A stretch of 64,000 nt of DNA, taken from assembly GCA_019057635.1 (NCBI GenBank), contig DXJL01000104.1:43512-107511 (forward strand). Direction: 5' to 3'. Position 1 is the stretch's first letter. Each line of letters starts with the position of its first letter. This DNA comes from Candidatus Heimdallarchaeota archaeon. GTDB lineage: Archaea > Asgardarchaeota > Heimdallarchaeia > Hodarchaeales > Hodarchaeaceae. The translations under genes and the position numbers were made by a program. The notes below the pieces were generated by a model. The model saw only the letters and a program-made list of their open reading frames with translations, did no database searches and was not told where the DNA came from. This document shows positions 30,366-41,194 of this stretch, piece by piece.

Positions 30366-31856
30366 CTAATTGTTGGACACTATATCTTCAGAATTTGTGG
30401 TATCAGGTTGTTCACTTAGAATCTCATCAAGAATCTTGCTGTAATTTTGTGGATGAAAGATTTTATATATTTGTAGGATTCTTGTCCTGAAACTTGGGTG
30501 ATCACTATCTTTCTCTGGAGTTTGTAGGATTTCATGCTCAAATACCATTTTTTGAGGATGAGAAAGTAATGTAACAATAAAATTATCAAGTTCTTCTGCT
30601 TCTAAGTAATAACTTTCGTCTGAATCAAACTTTCTCCAATCAATTGTCTTTTCCTTCAACTTAGTCGGAGTGAGGACTTCATCATTTTCAACCATCGATT
30701 CGAAAAACTTTGTTCGTTTTTCCAGTAATGAAGGAACAGCCTGCGTTATTAGCTGATCTCGATAATCTAGATCTATTTTTAATCCATAGGCTGTCATTAA
30801 TCGATGTAGCTTTTCCTCGAGAAAAATCCTTGGAGCCATTTCTCTGGCTACATCCTCATTTAACTGAGTTCGAGGGAATCGATGATTTATATTACGCATA
30901 AAATCAGCTGAAGGTTTTTTTTCTCCTGCTAAACCATTTAGCCATTCAATCTCGTGAGATAAGATTTGCATTGTTTCACTTCTTTGACCCAGATGGATCA
31001 ACGAGTTGATCAAGATATCGGATCCGACTGTTTGTGCAGCGAAATAATCAGACAAAAATTCAGCCTGTCTATTTGCTGAATACAAGAACCTTACAGTAAA
31101 CTTTGTTAGTATTGCTATGACTAAATATATTAATCCCAAAAATAATGTTCTCTCTATTGCATCAATTAATCGAAATGTTTCAAACAGTGCATTTTGGATA
31201 CCGGTTAGAACCTGGAGATAAATGAATAAATAAGCAAGATTAAGAAATAAACGAGGTATAGACAAGATTAGCCGAAACAAGCTATCCCCATGTTTAACAT
31301 GGGCAAGTTCATGTGCTACAACTGCTTCAATCTCATTATCACTAAGAATTTCTAGCACATTTGTATTTAATACAATATAAGGTCTTCGCAAAAATGGAAT
31401 TGGGATCAAATCCAGACTAAACGCATTAGGTACGCTTTTTCGATAAATAAATATCTTTTTGACCTTAATTTTTGTTCGTTCTGCGACATTTGAAACAATA
31501 TTTATTGTTTTATTAACTAGCTTTTCCTCTTCTGGTAAGTGAGCCATACCTTTCTTAGGTAGTGGGAAAATTTGTATCATATTCTTGTTAGAAAAAACAA
31601 CATTTACTAAGAAGATTAATAATAGGATTTGTAATCCTCCTGTGAGGATTACCAGAACTGCAGTGAATCGTAATTCTGAAAATGGATTAATTGAAATGTA
31701 AAAACCGAGAATTTTTGCGAAAGTGAAATCTGATCCTTCATCTGGAATTTGACTGATAGAAATCCAAGATACTATAATCATTTGCAGGAGTGTTAATAAG
31801 AAAAATACACTTGCATTAAAAAAACGATATACGCGGATCCTTCTAATTGAAACCAT
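30366..31856 (-). CDS. M48-family membrane zinc metalloprotease with large insert
   Basis: PNAFS, HELAH, RQAEFLSD, distal HPSFRTRI; N-terminal TMs. Confidence 0.85.
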   Translation of the reverse strand: MVSIRRIRVYRFFNASVFFLLTLLQMIIVSWISISQIPDEGSDFTFAKILGFYISINPFSELRFTAVLVILTGGLQILLLIFLVNVVFSNKNMIQIFPLPKKGMAHLPEEEKLVNKTINIVSNVAERTKIKVKKIFIYRKSVPNAFSLDLIPIPFLRRPYIVLNTNVLEILSDNEIEAVVAHELAHVKHGDSLFRLILSIPRLFLNLAYLFIYLQVLTGIQNALFETFRLIDAIERTLFLGLIYLVIAILTKFTVRFLYSANRQAEFLSDYFAAQTVGSDILINSLIHLGQRSETMQILSHEIEWLNGLAGEKKPSADFMRNINHRFPRTQLNEDVAREMAPRIFLEEKLHRLMTAYGLKIDLDYRDQLITQAVPSLLEKRTKFFESMVENDEVLTPTKLKEKTIDWRKFDSDESYYLEAEELDNFIVTLLSHPQKMVFEHEILQTPEKDSDHPSFRTRILQIYKIFHPQNYSKILDEILSEQPDTTNSEDIVSNN

Positions 31857-31996
31857 TTATTCCACCTTTGCAAGGAGAATCTTCGAATAACGCATGTCAA
31901 AATATACCACGAGTGTCGATTAAATTTCTTTGCTTAGAAAATAACTCGTTGATATATGATTTGTAAATTCATAATTACTCCATATTGGCTTTTTCT

Positions 31997-34747
31997 TCAC
32001 CAATATCCTGCCAAGTAGTGTAATTGTGGTACATTCTTAGCAAGAAATGTACGTATTTCATCAATAAGAACTAATATACTGCCAACAAAAATAACTACAA
32101 ACCAATCGATTAGTCCTAAACCTGTTGTATCAAATATTATCTGAAGAGGGGGAAGATAAAGAATCATCAAATGAAGAGCAATAGAGCTTGAGATAGCTAA
32201 CAGCAGGTAAGGATTTCTAAAGAATTCTTTCCCAATCAAAGAATGCTCTTCTTTCCGAATATTCAAGGCCATAACCATTTGAAAAATAATAAGCATAGTA
32301 AAACTAATTGTTCTGGGGTAAATTATCTCGTCAGGGGTAGGTGCCACACCATTCACAAGATTAGGCCATAAATATAAGAAAAACAATAGCAATGAGCCAA
32401 TTCCGATCATAACACCTGAATAGATGATAAAATATATTGATTTCTTAGTTAATATTTGTTCGTCAGGATCACGAGGTTTTCTAATCATAACATCTGCATC
32501 TGGTGGGTCAAATCCAAGGGCTAAGGCAGGTAAACCATCTGTAACTAAATTTACCCAAAGAATTTGAATCGCGAGCAAAGGTAAAATGGGTTCTTTGAAA
32601 AGAATAGAGGTCAAAATCATACCCAATAACATTACCATTATTTCTCCAGCATTGCAGGAAAGCAAATAGAGAACAAATTTACGCATATTATCATATATAG
32701 TTCTTCCTTCAAGGATCGCACCGACGATCGTTGAGAAATCGTCATCAGCTAACACCATGTCTGATGCCTCCTTGGAAACATCTGTCCCAGAGATTCCCAT
32801 CGCAACACCAATATCAGCTCTTTTTAATGCTGGAGCATCATTAACACCATCACCAGTCATTGCAACAATTTGATTGCTACCCTTTAATGCCGTGACTAGT
32901 CTTAGTTTATGTTCTGGAGAAACCCGGGCAAACACATTTACCTCCTTCACTTTCTCGGATAATTCTGAATCCGACATTTTTGATAATTGGTGTCCCTCCA
33001 ATGCAATATTGGATTCTGTTTCTTCAATTAATCCAATTTCAGAGGCAACTGCAATAGCTGTTTTCAGATGATCTCCAGTAATCATTATAGGTCGTATTCC
33101 AGCTTGCTTACAAGTAGCGATTGCTTCCTTTGTACCTCGTCTTGGAGGATCCATTATTGCAACGGCTCCAATGTAAATCATCCCGGATTCTATCTCTTCA
33201 TTATCCTCAGAAAATATATGTAATTCAGCTTGTTCCTTTTCTATTTGTTTCGATGCCATTCCAAGCATTCTATAGCCCAATGTAGCAATTTTCTGTTCCT
33301 GTTCCTCTAACATTACACGTGCGCTTTCTTCTAGGGGTTTCACTTTTCCTTTCGTTAAATAATGAGTACAAATCGTAATAAGGACATCTGGAGCACCCTT
33401 CATTAATACCGAATACTTTTCACTTGAATCTTTTACAACTACACTCATTCTTTTTGAATCAGAATCAAAAGGAATTTCAAACACTCGTTCAAAGGAAGAT
33501 TTGGCTAGATTCAATCTTTTAGCTACTCTCAATAAGGCTAGTTCTGTTGGATCTCCAACAGCTTTCTCAGTCCGCTTTTCACCAATTTGGGCATTATTAC
33601 ACTCTCTCCCAATCACTAGCAATTCATTTACTGCACTATTTAATTTTAGCTTTTTTGTAACATCAAATTCAGCGTCTACAGTTAATATTTTTCTAACGGT
33701 CATTTTATTCATTGTTAATGTCCCCGTTTTATCGGAACATATGACTGTAGTAGAGCCAAGAGTTTCAACAGAAGGTAATCGTCGAATAATTGCATTTTTC
33801 TTACTCATCTTCTGCACCCCTAGAGCTAATGAGAGGGTAACAACTGCTGGAAGACCTTCAGGTACAGCGGCCACTGCAAGGCCGACAGATACGATAAACA
33901 TCTCAAGAGCTTCCCTACCCAGAATTATTCCAATAGTAAAAATGACTGCGCATATTGCAAGGCTTCCAACACCGATATATTTGCCTAAAATACCTAATCT
34001 TTGTTGTAATGGGGTTTCTTCTTTGGTGTCTTCCATTAAACCCTGAGCGATTTTACCAAACTCAGTTTTCATACCTGTCTGTGTAATAATAACCTGACCC
34101 CGTCCTCTGGAAACATTAGTTCCACTAAACACAGAATTCAGCATTTCTGCGATTTGGGCATCTTTAGATACATTGGCATTTACATTCTTGGCAACTGGAA
34201 AGGATTCACCTGTTAACATGCTTTCATCGATTCTAAGGGCAAGAGATTGAAGTAGTCTTCCGTCAGCAGGAATTTTATCTCCTTCCTCAAGAAATACAAT
34301 ATCTCCAGGAACTAGGTGGGTGGCTTCAATACGTGCTTTTTTTCCGTCCCGAACTACTGTTGAAAATGGAGCTGCCATAGATTTAAGGGCTTCTATAGAC
34401 TTTTCAGCCTTATATTCTTGAACAAAACCAAAAAAGGCATTGAATAAGACAATAACTGAGATTGCAACGGAATCAATGAAATATTCGAGTTTTGCATGTT
34501 CATCTGTAGAAAAAATACCTATTGTTATTGAAATAACAAGGGCCACGAGTAGAATCACTACTAATGGGTCAGCAAATTGCTCAAAAAATAATGTAATAGG
34601 TGATTTACTATCGCTTTTTTTCAACTCATTCAAGCCATATTTACCTATACGGCGAGAGGCTTCTTCAGATGATAAACCTAAATCATCTTTTACTCCTAAG
34701 TCAGCCATCAATGTACGTGTATCAACAGAATACCTATTATCTACCAT
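31997..34747 (-). CDS. P-type ATPase, type IIA (Ca2+/Mn2+)
   Basis: TGES, VPEGLP, DKTGT, KGAPD, TGDGVNDAPALK, NLVTDGLP. Confidence 0.95.
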   Translation of the reverse strand: MVDNRYSVDTRTLMADLGVKDDLGLSSEEASRRIGKYGLNELKKSDSKSPITLFFEQFADPLVVILLVALVISITIGIFSTDEHAKLEYFIDSVAISVIVLFNAFFGFVQEYKAEKSIEALKSMAAPFSTVVRDGKKARIEATHLVPGDIVFLEEGDKIPADGRLLQSLALRIDESMLTGESFPVAKNVNANVSKDAQIAEMLNSVFSGTNVSRGRGQVIITQTGMKTEFGKIAQGLMEDTKEETPLQQRLGILGKYIGVGSLAICAVIFTIGIILGREALEMFIVSVGLAVAAVPEGLPAVVTLSLALGVQKMSKKNAIIRRLPSVETLGSTTVICSDKTGTLTMNKMTVRKILTVDAEFDVTKKLKLNSAVNELLVIGRECNNAQIGEKRTEKAVGDPTELALLRVAKRLNLAKSSFERVFEIPFDSDSKRMSVVVKDSSEKYSVLMKGAPDVLITICTHYLTKGKVKPLEESARVMLEEQEQKIATLGYRMLGMASKQIEKEQAELHIFSEDNEEIESGMIYIGAVAIMDPPRRGTKEAIATCKQAGIRPIMITGDHLKTAIAVASEIGLIEETESNIALEGHQLSKMSDSELSEKVKEVNVFARVSPEHKLRLVTALKGSNQIVAMTGDGVNDAPALKRADIGVAMGISGTDVSKEASDMVLADDDFSTIVGAILEGRTIYDNMRKFVLYLLSCNAGEIMVMLLGMILTSILFKEPILPLLAIQILWVNLVTDGLPALALGFDPPDADVMIRKPRDPDEQILTKKSIYFIIYSGVMIGIGSLLLFFLYLWPNLVNGVAPTPDEIIYPRTISFTMLIIFQMVMALNIRKEEHSLIGKEFFRNPYLLLAISSSIALHLMILYLPPLQIIFDTTGLGLIDWFVVIFVGSILVLIDEIRTFLAKNVPQLHYLAGYW

Positions 34748-34927
34748 TAAAATCCCTGAAAGACGATTTGTATCTCAATTTTTTCATCAATGCTAGTATA
34801 CTCAACGTATTCACTCTATTAGTATTCGGCAAAAAAAGTTAGGGCATCTTATCGCTTTTGTGAGATATTCTTTGTAATTGCGGAATTTTCGCAAGTAATA
34901 CCAGTCATTTTTTAAGCCCTTTTTAAT

Positions 34928-35028
34928 ATTCTGATAAGGGACTTGAGTTAATATCTAATACAGCTGATCTTAAACGGGTAGGGACATTTAAGTGAATAAA
35001 ACTCAAGTCTGTCAGAATTCCCCTTGTC
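34928..35028. repeat. Long imperfect inverted repeat / hairpin
   Basis: GACTTGAGTT(34940-49) pairs with AACTCAAGTC(35000-09); ATTCTGATA(34928-36) pairs with TGTCAGAAT(35010-18). Confidence 0.6.
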
Positions 35029-35077
35029 GAGAAGAAAGAAGTTCCTAACATTTCGTGAATTTTTAGAGTGATTTTTG

Positions 35078-36256
35078 TTACGCAAATACTTGAATAACGT
35101 CGCCATCTTCTAAAATCCGATCTAATCCTACTTTTTCACCATCAAACTTTGCAGATTTTCCCCATACACGTGCAAATCGAAAAAATCTTAACATTTTCTT
35201 TGATAAGACTTCAATAGCATTTTCTATTGTACTTCCTTTGTCAAGAATTATTGGTCGCTCTGAGATATCTCCAACATTGTTTCTAGTAAATACCCTAATT
35301 TTATTGAGTTTATTGAAAATTGTCTCTTCTATAGAATCAAATCCTTCATTATTAGAGCTAGATACGGGAATTATCTCTAGTGGTAATTTATTAGTAGAAA
35401 TATATTCCATTAGTGTTGAATAATTAGATTTCGATCCTTTCACATCTCCCTTCGTAGCAAAAATTATCGCAGGAAGGTAACTTATTGTATAATCCAAAGC
35501 ATCAAAAAATTGATCTACAGTTGTAGGTCCATGAAATCTCACGATAACATTCATGTAGCCCTTTGTTCTCATAATTTCAGTAATTTCATCATTTCCTTTA
35601 CCTTCATAATAATGAGAATTGAAAACCTGAATATTCCCTGATCCTACTTTTTCAATTATCACTGATGGTTTTTCAGTGTTTAATCGTATTTTTCCGACAG
35701 AAAGCTCCTTTAAAATAAGTTTCAGCTGTTCAACTGGATTATGGGTTAAATCGATGGTTAATATTACACAATCTGAATTGCGAATTCCTGCTAAAACTAA
35801 TTTTCCAGACATTTCTCCGCGGACACTTCCCTCAACAATTGCTGGAAGTTCAACGAGTTGTAAACGAGCTCCTCTAGCTGTTGTCGATCCCACTTCAGGT
35901 TTAACAGTCGTGAATGGATAAGCGCCAACCTTTGCAGCAGAATCTGAATGAGACAAAGAATTCAATATAGATGATTTCCCTGCATTTACAGTACCAATAA
36001 TTGCAATTTGTGCATCTTCACCCTTAGGAACTAACCATCTTTCTCCTGAACCTTTCTTAGCTTGGCGCATTTTTTCCTGGGTGGCTTTTAAGCGTTTTAA
36101 TTTCTGCTTAGCCATCCTTAGATGGTTTTCAACCCCTTTATGCTTTACGACAACCCCCACAAATCGTTCAAGATGTGCGATTTGTTCTTCCATAGAGGAA
36201 GCCTCTAAGTATTTGTCCCATTCAACTTGAGCTTCATGATTGAGATTTATGGGCAC
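35078..36256 (-). CDS. DRG/Rbg1-family (OBG) GTPase with TGS domain
   Basis: KHKGVENH, G1 GTVNAGKSS, YPFTT, G4 ATKGD, TGS ARVWGKSAKFDGEKVG. Confidence 0.9.
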   Translation of the reverse strand: MPINLNHEAQVEWDKYLEASSMEEQIAHLERFVGVVVKHKGVENHLRMAKQKLKRLKATQEKMRQAKKGSGERWLVPKGEDAQIAIIGTVNAGKSSILNSLSHSDSAAKVGAYPFTTVKPEVGSTTARGARLQLVELPAIVEGSVRGEMSGKLVLAGIRNSDCVILTIDLTHNPVEQLKLILKELSVGKIRLNTEKPSVIIEKVGSGNIQVFNSHYYEGKGNDEITEIMRTKGYMNVIVRFHGPTTVDQFFDALDYTISYLPAIIFATKGDVKGSKSNYSTLMEYISTNKLPLEIIPVSSSNNEGFDSIEETIFNKLNKIRVFTRNNVGDISERPIILDKGSTIENAIEVLSKKMLRFFRFARVWGKSAKFDGEKVGLDRILEDGDVIQVFA

Positions 36257-36372
36257 GGAGGTTAATTCCTATATGGATCAATAGAAAAATTTTTTGTTAG
36301 TCGTCTATTAAAGGTTCTACTAGATATTGATTCTATTCTCCTTTGAATTTTATGCTTTATATTACTAGCGCC

Positions 36373-37293
36373 TCAATGTTCCCCTAACATTTCTCGAGTA
36401 TATTCAATGATTTCTCTTGGCTTATTCATTAAGAGTATATTTTTTCGTGCGTTTGCTGCATAGCGGAAATGTTTCAAGAAATCAGAAGACTGTACTCGTA
36501 AATTAAAAAGATTATAATACTCTGTATTCTCCATATATTGTACTAAACGATCATATACATATTGTGATGATAATTGTGGCTTTTTTTGAAATATTTGAGG
36601 ATTTCCACGAGCTGATCTCCCAATTGCAACACCTTTCACTCCGAATTGGTTAATTACTTGACACGCATGATCATAAGATCGAATATCCCCATTCGCTATT
36701 ATCGGGATGGTAGAATATTTGACTGCTTGTTCCCAATAACCCCATTTCGCAGAAATTTGGTAATTATCGGTTGCGAGACGAGAGTGAAAGGTAATAAAAG
36801 ACACACCAGCTTTTTCTGCTATTTTTATCACTTCAGGATAAGTAATTTCATTAAAACCTGCCCGGATCTTTAATGCAAATGGTAATTTTGAGCTTGTACT
36901 TCCGATTTCAAGCAATTCCTTCAGCAAAATATGATTTTGTACAGTTAAAAGGTATGCTCCGAGTCCCGCATTTGTGATTTTAGGTTTAGGGCACCCTAGA
37001 TTTAGTTCTATAAAATCAGAAAGATTTTCTGATTCAATGAGTTCAATTGTGTTCACTAAGTCGTCTGGGCTATTGGTTAGCAATTGTATGCCGTACTTTT
37101 CTTCGGTTTTTGCTCGAGTGATCCTTCTTAATGACTTAGGATCTTTATATAATATGCCCTTTGCGTAGGTCATCTCACTTATAGTTACTGCTCCAAACTC
37201 TGCACATATCCTACGAAAGGGGGGGATAGTAATTTCTGCAAGAGGTGATAAAATCAAAGGATTTTTTAAACCGAGTACAGATACTTTAATCAC
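36373..37293 (-). CDS. tRNA-dihydrouridine synthase (Dus)
   Basis: SPLAEIT, NLGCP catalytic Cys, KIRAG, HSR, ANGDI, IGR. Confidence 0.9.
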   Translation of the reverse strand: MIKVSVLGLKNPLILSPLAEITIPPFRRICAEFGAVTISEMTYAKGILYKDPKSLRRITRAKTEEKYGIQLLTNSPDDLVNTIELIESENLSDFIELNLGCPKPKITNAGLGAYLLTVQNHILLKELLEIGSTSSKLPFALKIRAGFNEITYPEVIKIAEKAGVSFITFHSRLATDNYQISAKWGYWEQAVKYSTIPIIANGDIRSYDHACQVINQFGVKGVAIGRSARGNPQIFQKKPQLSSQYVYDRLVQYMENTEYYNLFNLRVQSSDFLKHFRYAANARKNILLMNKPREIIEYTREMLGEH

Positions 37294-37369
37294 CTAAGGA
37301 ACAATTTATCCCCCAGATAGTAAACTCTAAAGAATACTTCTCAACGCTTCTTCACCATGAGGATAGTTT

Positions 37370-38059
37370 ATGAAGCCAAAAGCTCTTCTTTTTGATTTAG
37401 ATGGCACTTTAGTGAATACTCTCCGCGTTTTCCCTCAATTAATCGCACAGGAATTCATGTTCAATCCAAATTCAAAGAGTGTACGCAATTACCTTCATAG
37501 ATTAGGGGTTATATATAATTCTGGCAACAAACATTCCTGGTTTAAACCAGAATTTTTCCTTACTCTAAAAGCGGATTTTAATCTCTCATGGTTTACATTA
37601 GGTAAAGGTTTAATGCGTGTTTTGTGGTTATTTCTGAAATGGGACAGTACTCCACATATAATTCCTGGTGTCATCGAAACTCTTACCCAACTCAAATCAC
37701 AAGGATATTTTCTTGGAATTGTATCAAACGGTTCTCCTCGACTTTTAAAAAAACGGTTTGGTGCCTATTTAGACCTTTTTGATGTTTTAATAGAATCTAA
37801 AAGTATTGGAGTTTCAAAACCATCGCCTATTCCACTGTATTATGCTTGTTCGAAGTTAAAAATTAATAAAAAGGATGCGATCTTCATAGGGGATACTTTA
37901 GTTGATTTATTGGCAGCAAAAAACGCAAAAATGCGAGTCATCCTTGTTCGAACAGGTGTTTTTGGGGATAACTTTCCTATTACAGAAGTTGAATATGAAC
38001 CAATATCTATAATTCCTACTGTCGGAAAGGGTCTTATTAAAGTTCTTTCTAAGATGTAA
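37370..38059 (+). CDS. HAD-superfamily phosphatase
   Basis: FDLDGTLVNT, VSNG, SKPSP, IGDTLVD. Confidence 0.88.
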   Translation: MKPKALLFDLDGTLVNTLRVFPQLIAQEFMFNPNSKSVRNYLHRLGVIYNSGNKHSWFKPEFFLTLKADFNLSWFTLGKGLMRVLWLFLKWDSTPHIIPGVIETLTQLKSQGYFLGIVSNGSPRLLKKRFGAYLDLFDVLIESKSIGVSKPSPIPLYYACSKLKINKKDAIFIGDTLVDLLAAKNAKMRVILVRTGVFGDNFPITEVEYEPISIIPTVGKGLIKVLSKM

Positions 38060-38100
38060 GAGGAAGTAGGAAAAGTACCTACAACATCCTCTTCTACAGC

Positions 38101-39249
38101 TTAATTTTCCTTTAGAGTTAATCTGCTAGCAACCACAAGCATTAAGACAAAGCTAATTTGAAATAATAGTCCAAAATTTAAAGGCTCTAGAACATACCCT
38201 TCTATCGCGATTTGTCGTAATAAATCGACAGAATAAGTGGTTGGTAATAAATAACTAACCCATCTGATAATTTCAGGAATTTGGCTAAGTGGAATTACAA
38301 TACCAGAAAGTAATAAGACTGGAATTATTGTAATAGGAATGAATTGCACCGCTTGAAATTCTGATCTAGCAAATGCTGAAAGGAAGATAGCAAGTACCAA
38401 ACCCGTCCAACCAACTATTATTGCTGCTATATAAAGTGAAATGTAATTAGCAATTGTAACTCCCAAGGATACTTGGAAAACAAGTCCTGCTATAAGAATT
38501 ATCAGAGTAGTTTGGATTGTACTGACGATTGAAAATGCAGCTAGATACCCTAAAATTATTTCAATTTTATCATATGGACATTGAAGAAGTAATGATAATG
38601 TTCCTGATCTTCTTTCTTCTATTAATGTCATTATAACAAGCATAAAAGAGAAAAAGAAGACACCATAGACAATCATACCCGGTGTAAAGAAATCTAAAGT
38701 TGAAATATCTTTTCCATAAGCGTACGTAACATCAAATCCAAGATTTGCACGAAATTCGCCAGTAGCTTGTTGGAAAGACTCCTGGATTGCCTGAATTACT
38801 ACTCCTCCTACCTGTGGATTAGAGTTATCAAAATAAATCTCCAGAGATATATTTGACCCTTGGGGGCTTACAAGATTATAGGTGAAATTCACAGGAATTA
38901 GTACTGCACAAGCATATTTTTTATTATCAACCTCTTTCTTAGCTGATTCGTAATCTGTTAGATGAGTGACATCAACTCTAGGATCATCAAGATCAAGTGT
39001 GTTAGTAATTGAATCACCTAATGATGAAACAGTTTCATTAAAAACAATGAAGATACCGTATGTTATGACTACTTCAGCATCACTATCATTATTGATTATG
39101 GCAATGGGTACATGTTCAATCTCTCCACCAAAGGCGATTCCAAACATTACCATAAAAAGAGCTGGAGCGACTACAACTAGACCGACAGTTCGATGATCTC
39201 GTGATAAGGTTCGAAAAAGTCTTTTCATTATAAGAAATGTTAACCTCAT
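38101..39249 (-). CDS. ABC-2 type permease
   Basis: TM + extracytoplasmic domain + 5 TM, EERRSGTL, LLSGIVIP. Confidence 0.9.
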   Translation of the reverse strand: MRLTFLIMKRLFRTLSRDHRTVGLVVVAPALFMVMFGIAFGGEIEHVPIAIINNDSDAEVVITYGIFIVFNETVSSLGDSITNTLDLDDPRVDVTHLTDYESAKKEVDNKKYACAVLIPVNFTYNLVSPQGSNISLEIYFDNSNPQVGGVVIQAIQESFQQATGEFRANLGFDVTYAYGKDISTLDFFTPGMIVYGVFFFSFMLVIMTLIEERRSGTLSLLLQCPYDKIEIILGYLAAFSIVSTIQTTLIILIAGLVFQVSLGVTIANYISLYIAAIIVGWTGLVLAIFLSAFARSEFQAVQFIPITIIPVLLLSGIVIPLSQIPEIIRWVSYLLPTTYSVDLLRQIAIEGYVLEPLNFGLLFQISFVLMLVVASRLTLKEN

Positions 39250-39995
39250 TGTGTTTCCCCCTTAATCAGTTCAAAAAACATATTTTCCATATTGTGCTGA
39301 TTTGTTTGTTCCATGAGTTTTTGTGGTGTCTCTATGGCTATGAGTTTTCCATCTCTCATAACACCCACTCGATCAGCCCATTCAGCTTCATTTAAATAGT
39401 GAGTGGTGACAACTATTGTTGTATTTTGAGATCTTGCGATTTGTTTGAAATATTCCCAGAATTCTCTTCTAAGTACAGGATCTAAACCAACAGTAGGTTC
39501 ATCAAGAAACACTATTTGAGGATTATTAACCATAGCAGACGCTAAGGCTGTTCGTTGCTGGGTACCACCCGAGAGATGGACAGCTAATTTTTGTTGATGT
39601 TCTGTTAGTGATAACCTTTTGATCATTGCACTTGTGTTAATCTTAGCATCACTATTTGAGAGTCCTTTCGCTTTTGCAAAGAACTCAATATTTTCTCGTG
39701 CAGTAAGCATATCATAGAGGGCTTTTCGTTGGGGTAAATATCCCATTATTTTCCTTAACTTCTTTTTCTCTGCTGGGATATTAAAACCCTTGACACGAAT
39801 GTTTGTATCTCCTTTCTCTGGTTTAAGAATTCCTAGTATGAGTTTAATTGTTGTTGTTTTACCTGCGGCATTTGGTCCAACTAAACAGAAGATTTCTCCT
39901 TGCTTAATATTTAGATCCAAATTATCTACAGCATTTATCGTACCAAATTTCTTATTGACATTTCTTAACTCTACATCATATTTCAACAATTGCAC
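39246..39995 (-). CDS. ABC-2 type ATP-binding protein
   Basis: GPNAAGKTT, LSGGTQQR, FLDEPTVGLDP, TTHY. Confidence 0.93.
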   Translation of the reverse strand: MQLLKYDVELRNVNKKFGTINAVDNLDLNIKQGEIFCLVGPNAAGKTTTIKLILGILKPEKGDTNIRVKGFNIPAEKKKLRKIMGYLPQRKALYDMLTARENIEFFAKAKGLSNSDAKINTSAMIKRLSLTEHQQKLAVHLSGGTQQRTALASAMVNNPQIVFLDEPTVGLDPVLRREFWEYFKQIARSQNTTIVVTTHYLNEAEWADRVGVMRDGKLIAIETPQKLMEQTNQHNMENMFFELIKGETQ

Positions 39996-40082
39996 CCGTT
40001 AAGTTTGAATGAGAGAATTAGACATTTTTCTTCACGACTTTGTCTAATTTTACGTCCAAAATAAATTATTGATTTATGTTTC

Positions 40083-41051
40083 TCACTTTGAGAGAAGAAA
40101 AATTTGTTGAGCACGTTTCAAGAATTCTATATTTAATTCCTCCATATCGTGATATGCGCTCAAAAGTTCACTAAACCGCTTTTCTATTACAGCTCTATTA
40201 GGTAAAATTGATCTATAGAGGATTGGAAACGTTACTACTACTAAACCATAATTTAATGAATTATTGAGCTTTATCCGTTCATCGACATGGTCTTTTTCAG
40301 TCATCCTAAACCCATAAACTAAACTATGATATTTACTAAAGGGACTTGGAGGTTGAATCGTCTCTTCTTGGTGGTTATTGGAAGCTATAAACGGATGAGG
40401 ACTAGGAACAGGTAGTTCGTATAATCCTTGTGCATAATCATGTCCTGTCCCCGTAGCAGACATGTAATGTGTCCCTAATTTCACAAGAAAGCTTTCTCTG
40501 TCTTGTTCAGATTCAAATGCATTTTCAAAAGGAAGAGGGGATGTGAGATATGGCTCGGGTCCTACTTGGCCAAATTTGAATACGGAAATTGACAATTGTG
40601 TGGGATCAGCTTCCAAGCGTTTAGCTAGGACAGTTTCCTGCAGTAATTTTCGTTCAAGCAAGAGGGGAACAATATTTTCTTTAAAATCTGCTTGTAGGAG
40701 ATCTTCTTTTGTGATATAATCTTGAATACCTAACTTCATTGCCTGCACGGCAATTTGTTCCGATCCTAAACCAGTTACCATAATGATTGGAATTTCTGGA
40801 TTCAAATTTCTAATTTCTCGTATCACATCAATGCCAGAAAGTTCTGTTGGAAGACTATAATCCACTAGAATTAGGTCATAATCTGGTTCTCCCTTAATCT
40901 TCTCAACAGCTTGTTCACCTGTTTCACTTATCGTGATATTGTGGATTCCAAGGCTATTTAGACGTTTTACAAACAGAAGTTGATGATCTTTCGAATCCTC
41001 AACCAGAAGTACCCGTGCGTTGATAATGGGATCGATATTTTCATCACTCAT
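40083..41051 (-). CDS. Response-regulator receiver domain fused to a putative uDENN/longin-like domain
   Basis: REC: LLVEDS, LILVDY, MVTG, DYITK. C-domain: VFKFGQVGPEP...GLYELPVP...SLVYGF...DER. Confidence 0.8.
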   Translation of the reverse strand: MSDENIDPIINARVLLVEDSKDHQLLFVKRLNSLGIHNITISETGEQAVEKIKGEPDYDLILVDYSLPTELSGIDVIREIRNLNPEIPIIMVTGLGSEQIAVQAMKLGIQDYITKEDLLQADFKENIVPLLLERKLLQETVLAKRLEADPTQLSISVFKFGQVGPEPYLTSPLPFENAFESEQDRESFLVKLGTHYMSATGTGHDYAQGLYELPVPSPHPFIASNNHQEETIQPPSPFSKYHSLVYGFRMTEKDHVDERIKLNNSLNYGLVVVTFPILYRSILPNRAVIEKRFSELLSAYHDMEELNIEFLKRAQQIFLLSK

Positions 41052-41194
41052 GTGGGTACCTTCATGATATAATCGTTACGTAGTAAATTCTGATTAGGTT
41101 AGAGAAATTATGTTTTTTATTTGTATCTAAATATTTGTATATTCTCCTCCTTAGTCCTCCCTTTTCTGGATGAGAGAATCTCTCTAAAGTAACC

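Noticed and set aside
34921-35030. yybP-ykoY (Mn2+) riboswitch ahead of the P-type ATPase
   Set aside because: Only AAGGGGA on the minus strand resembles the consensus; the remaining conserved elements were not found.
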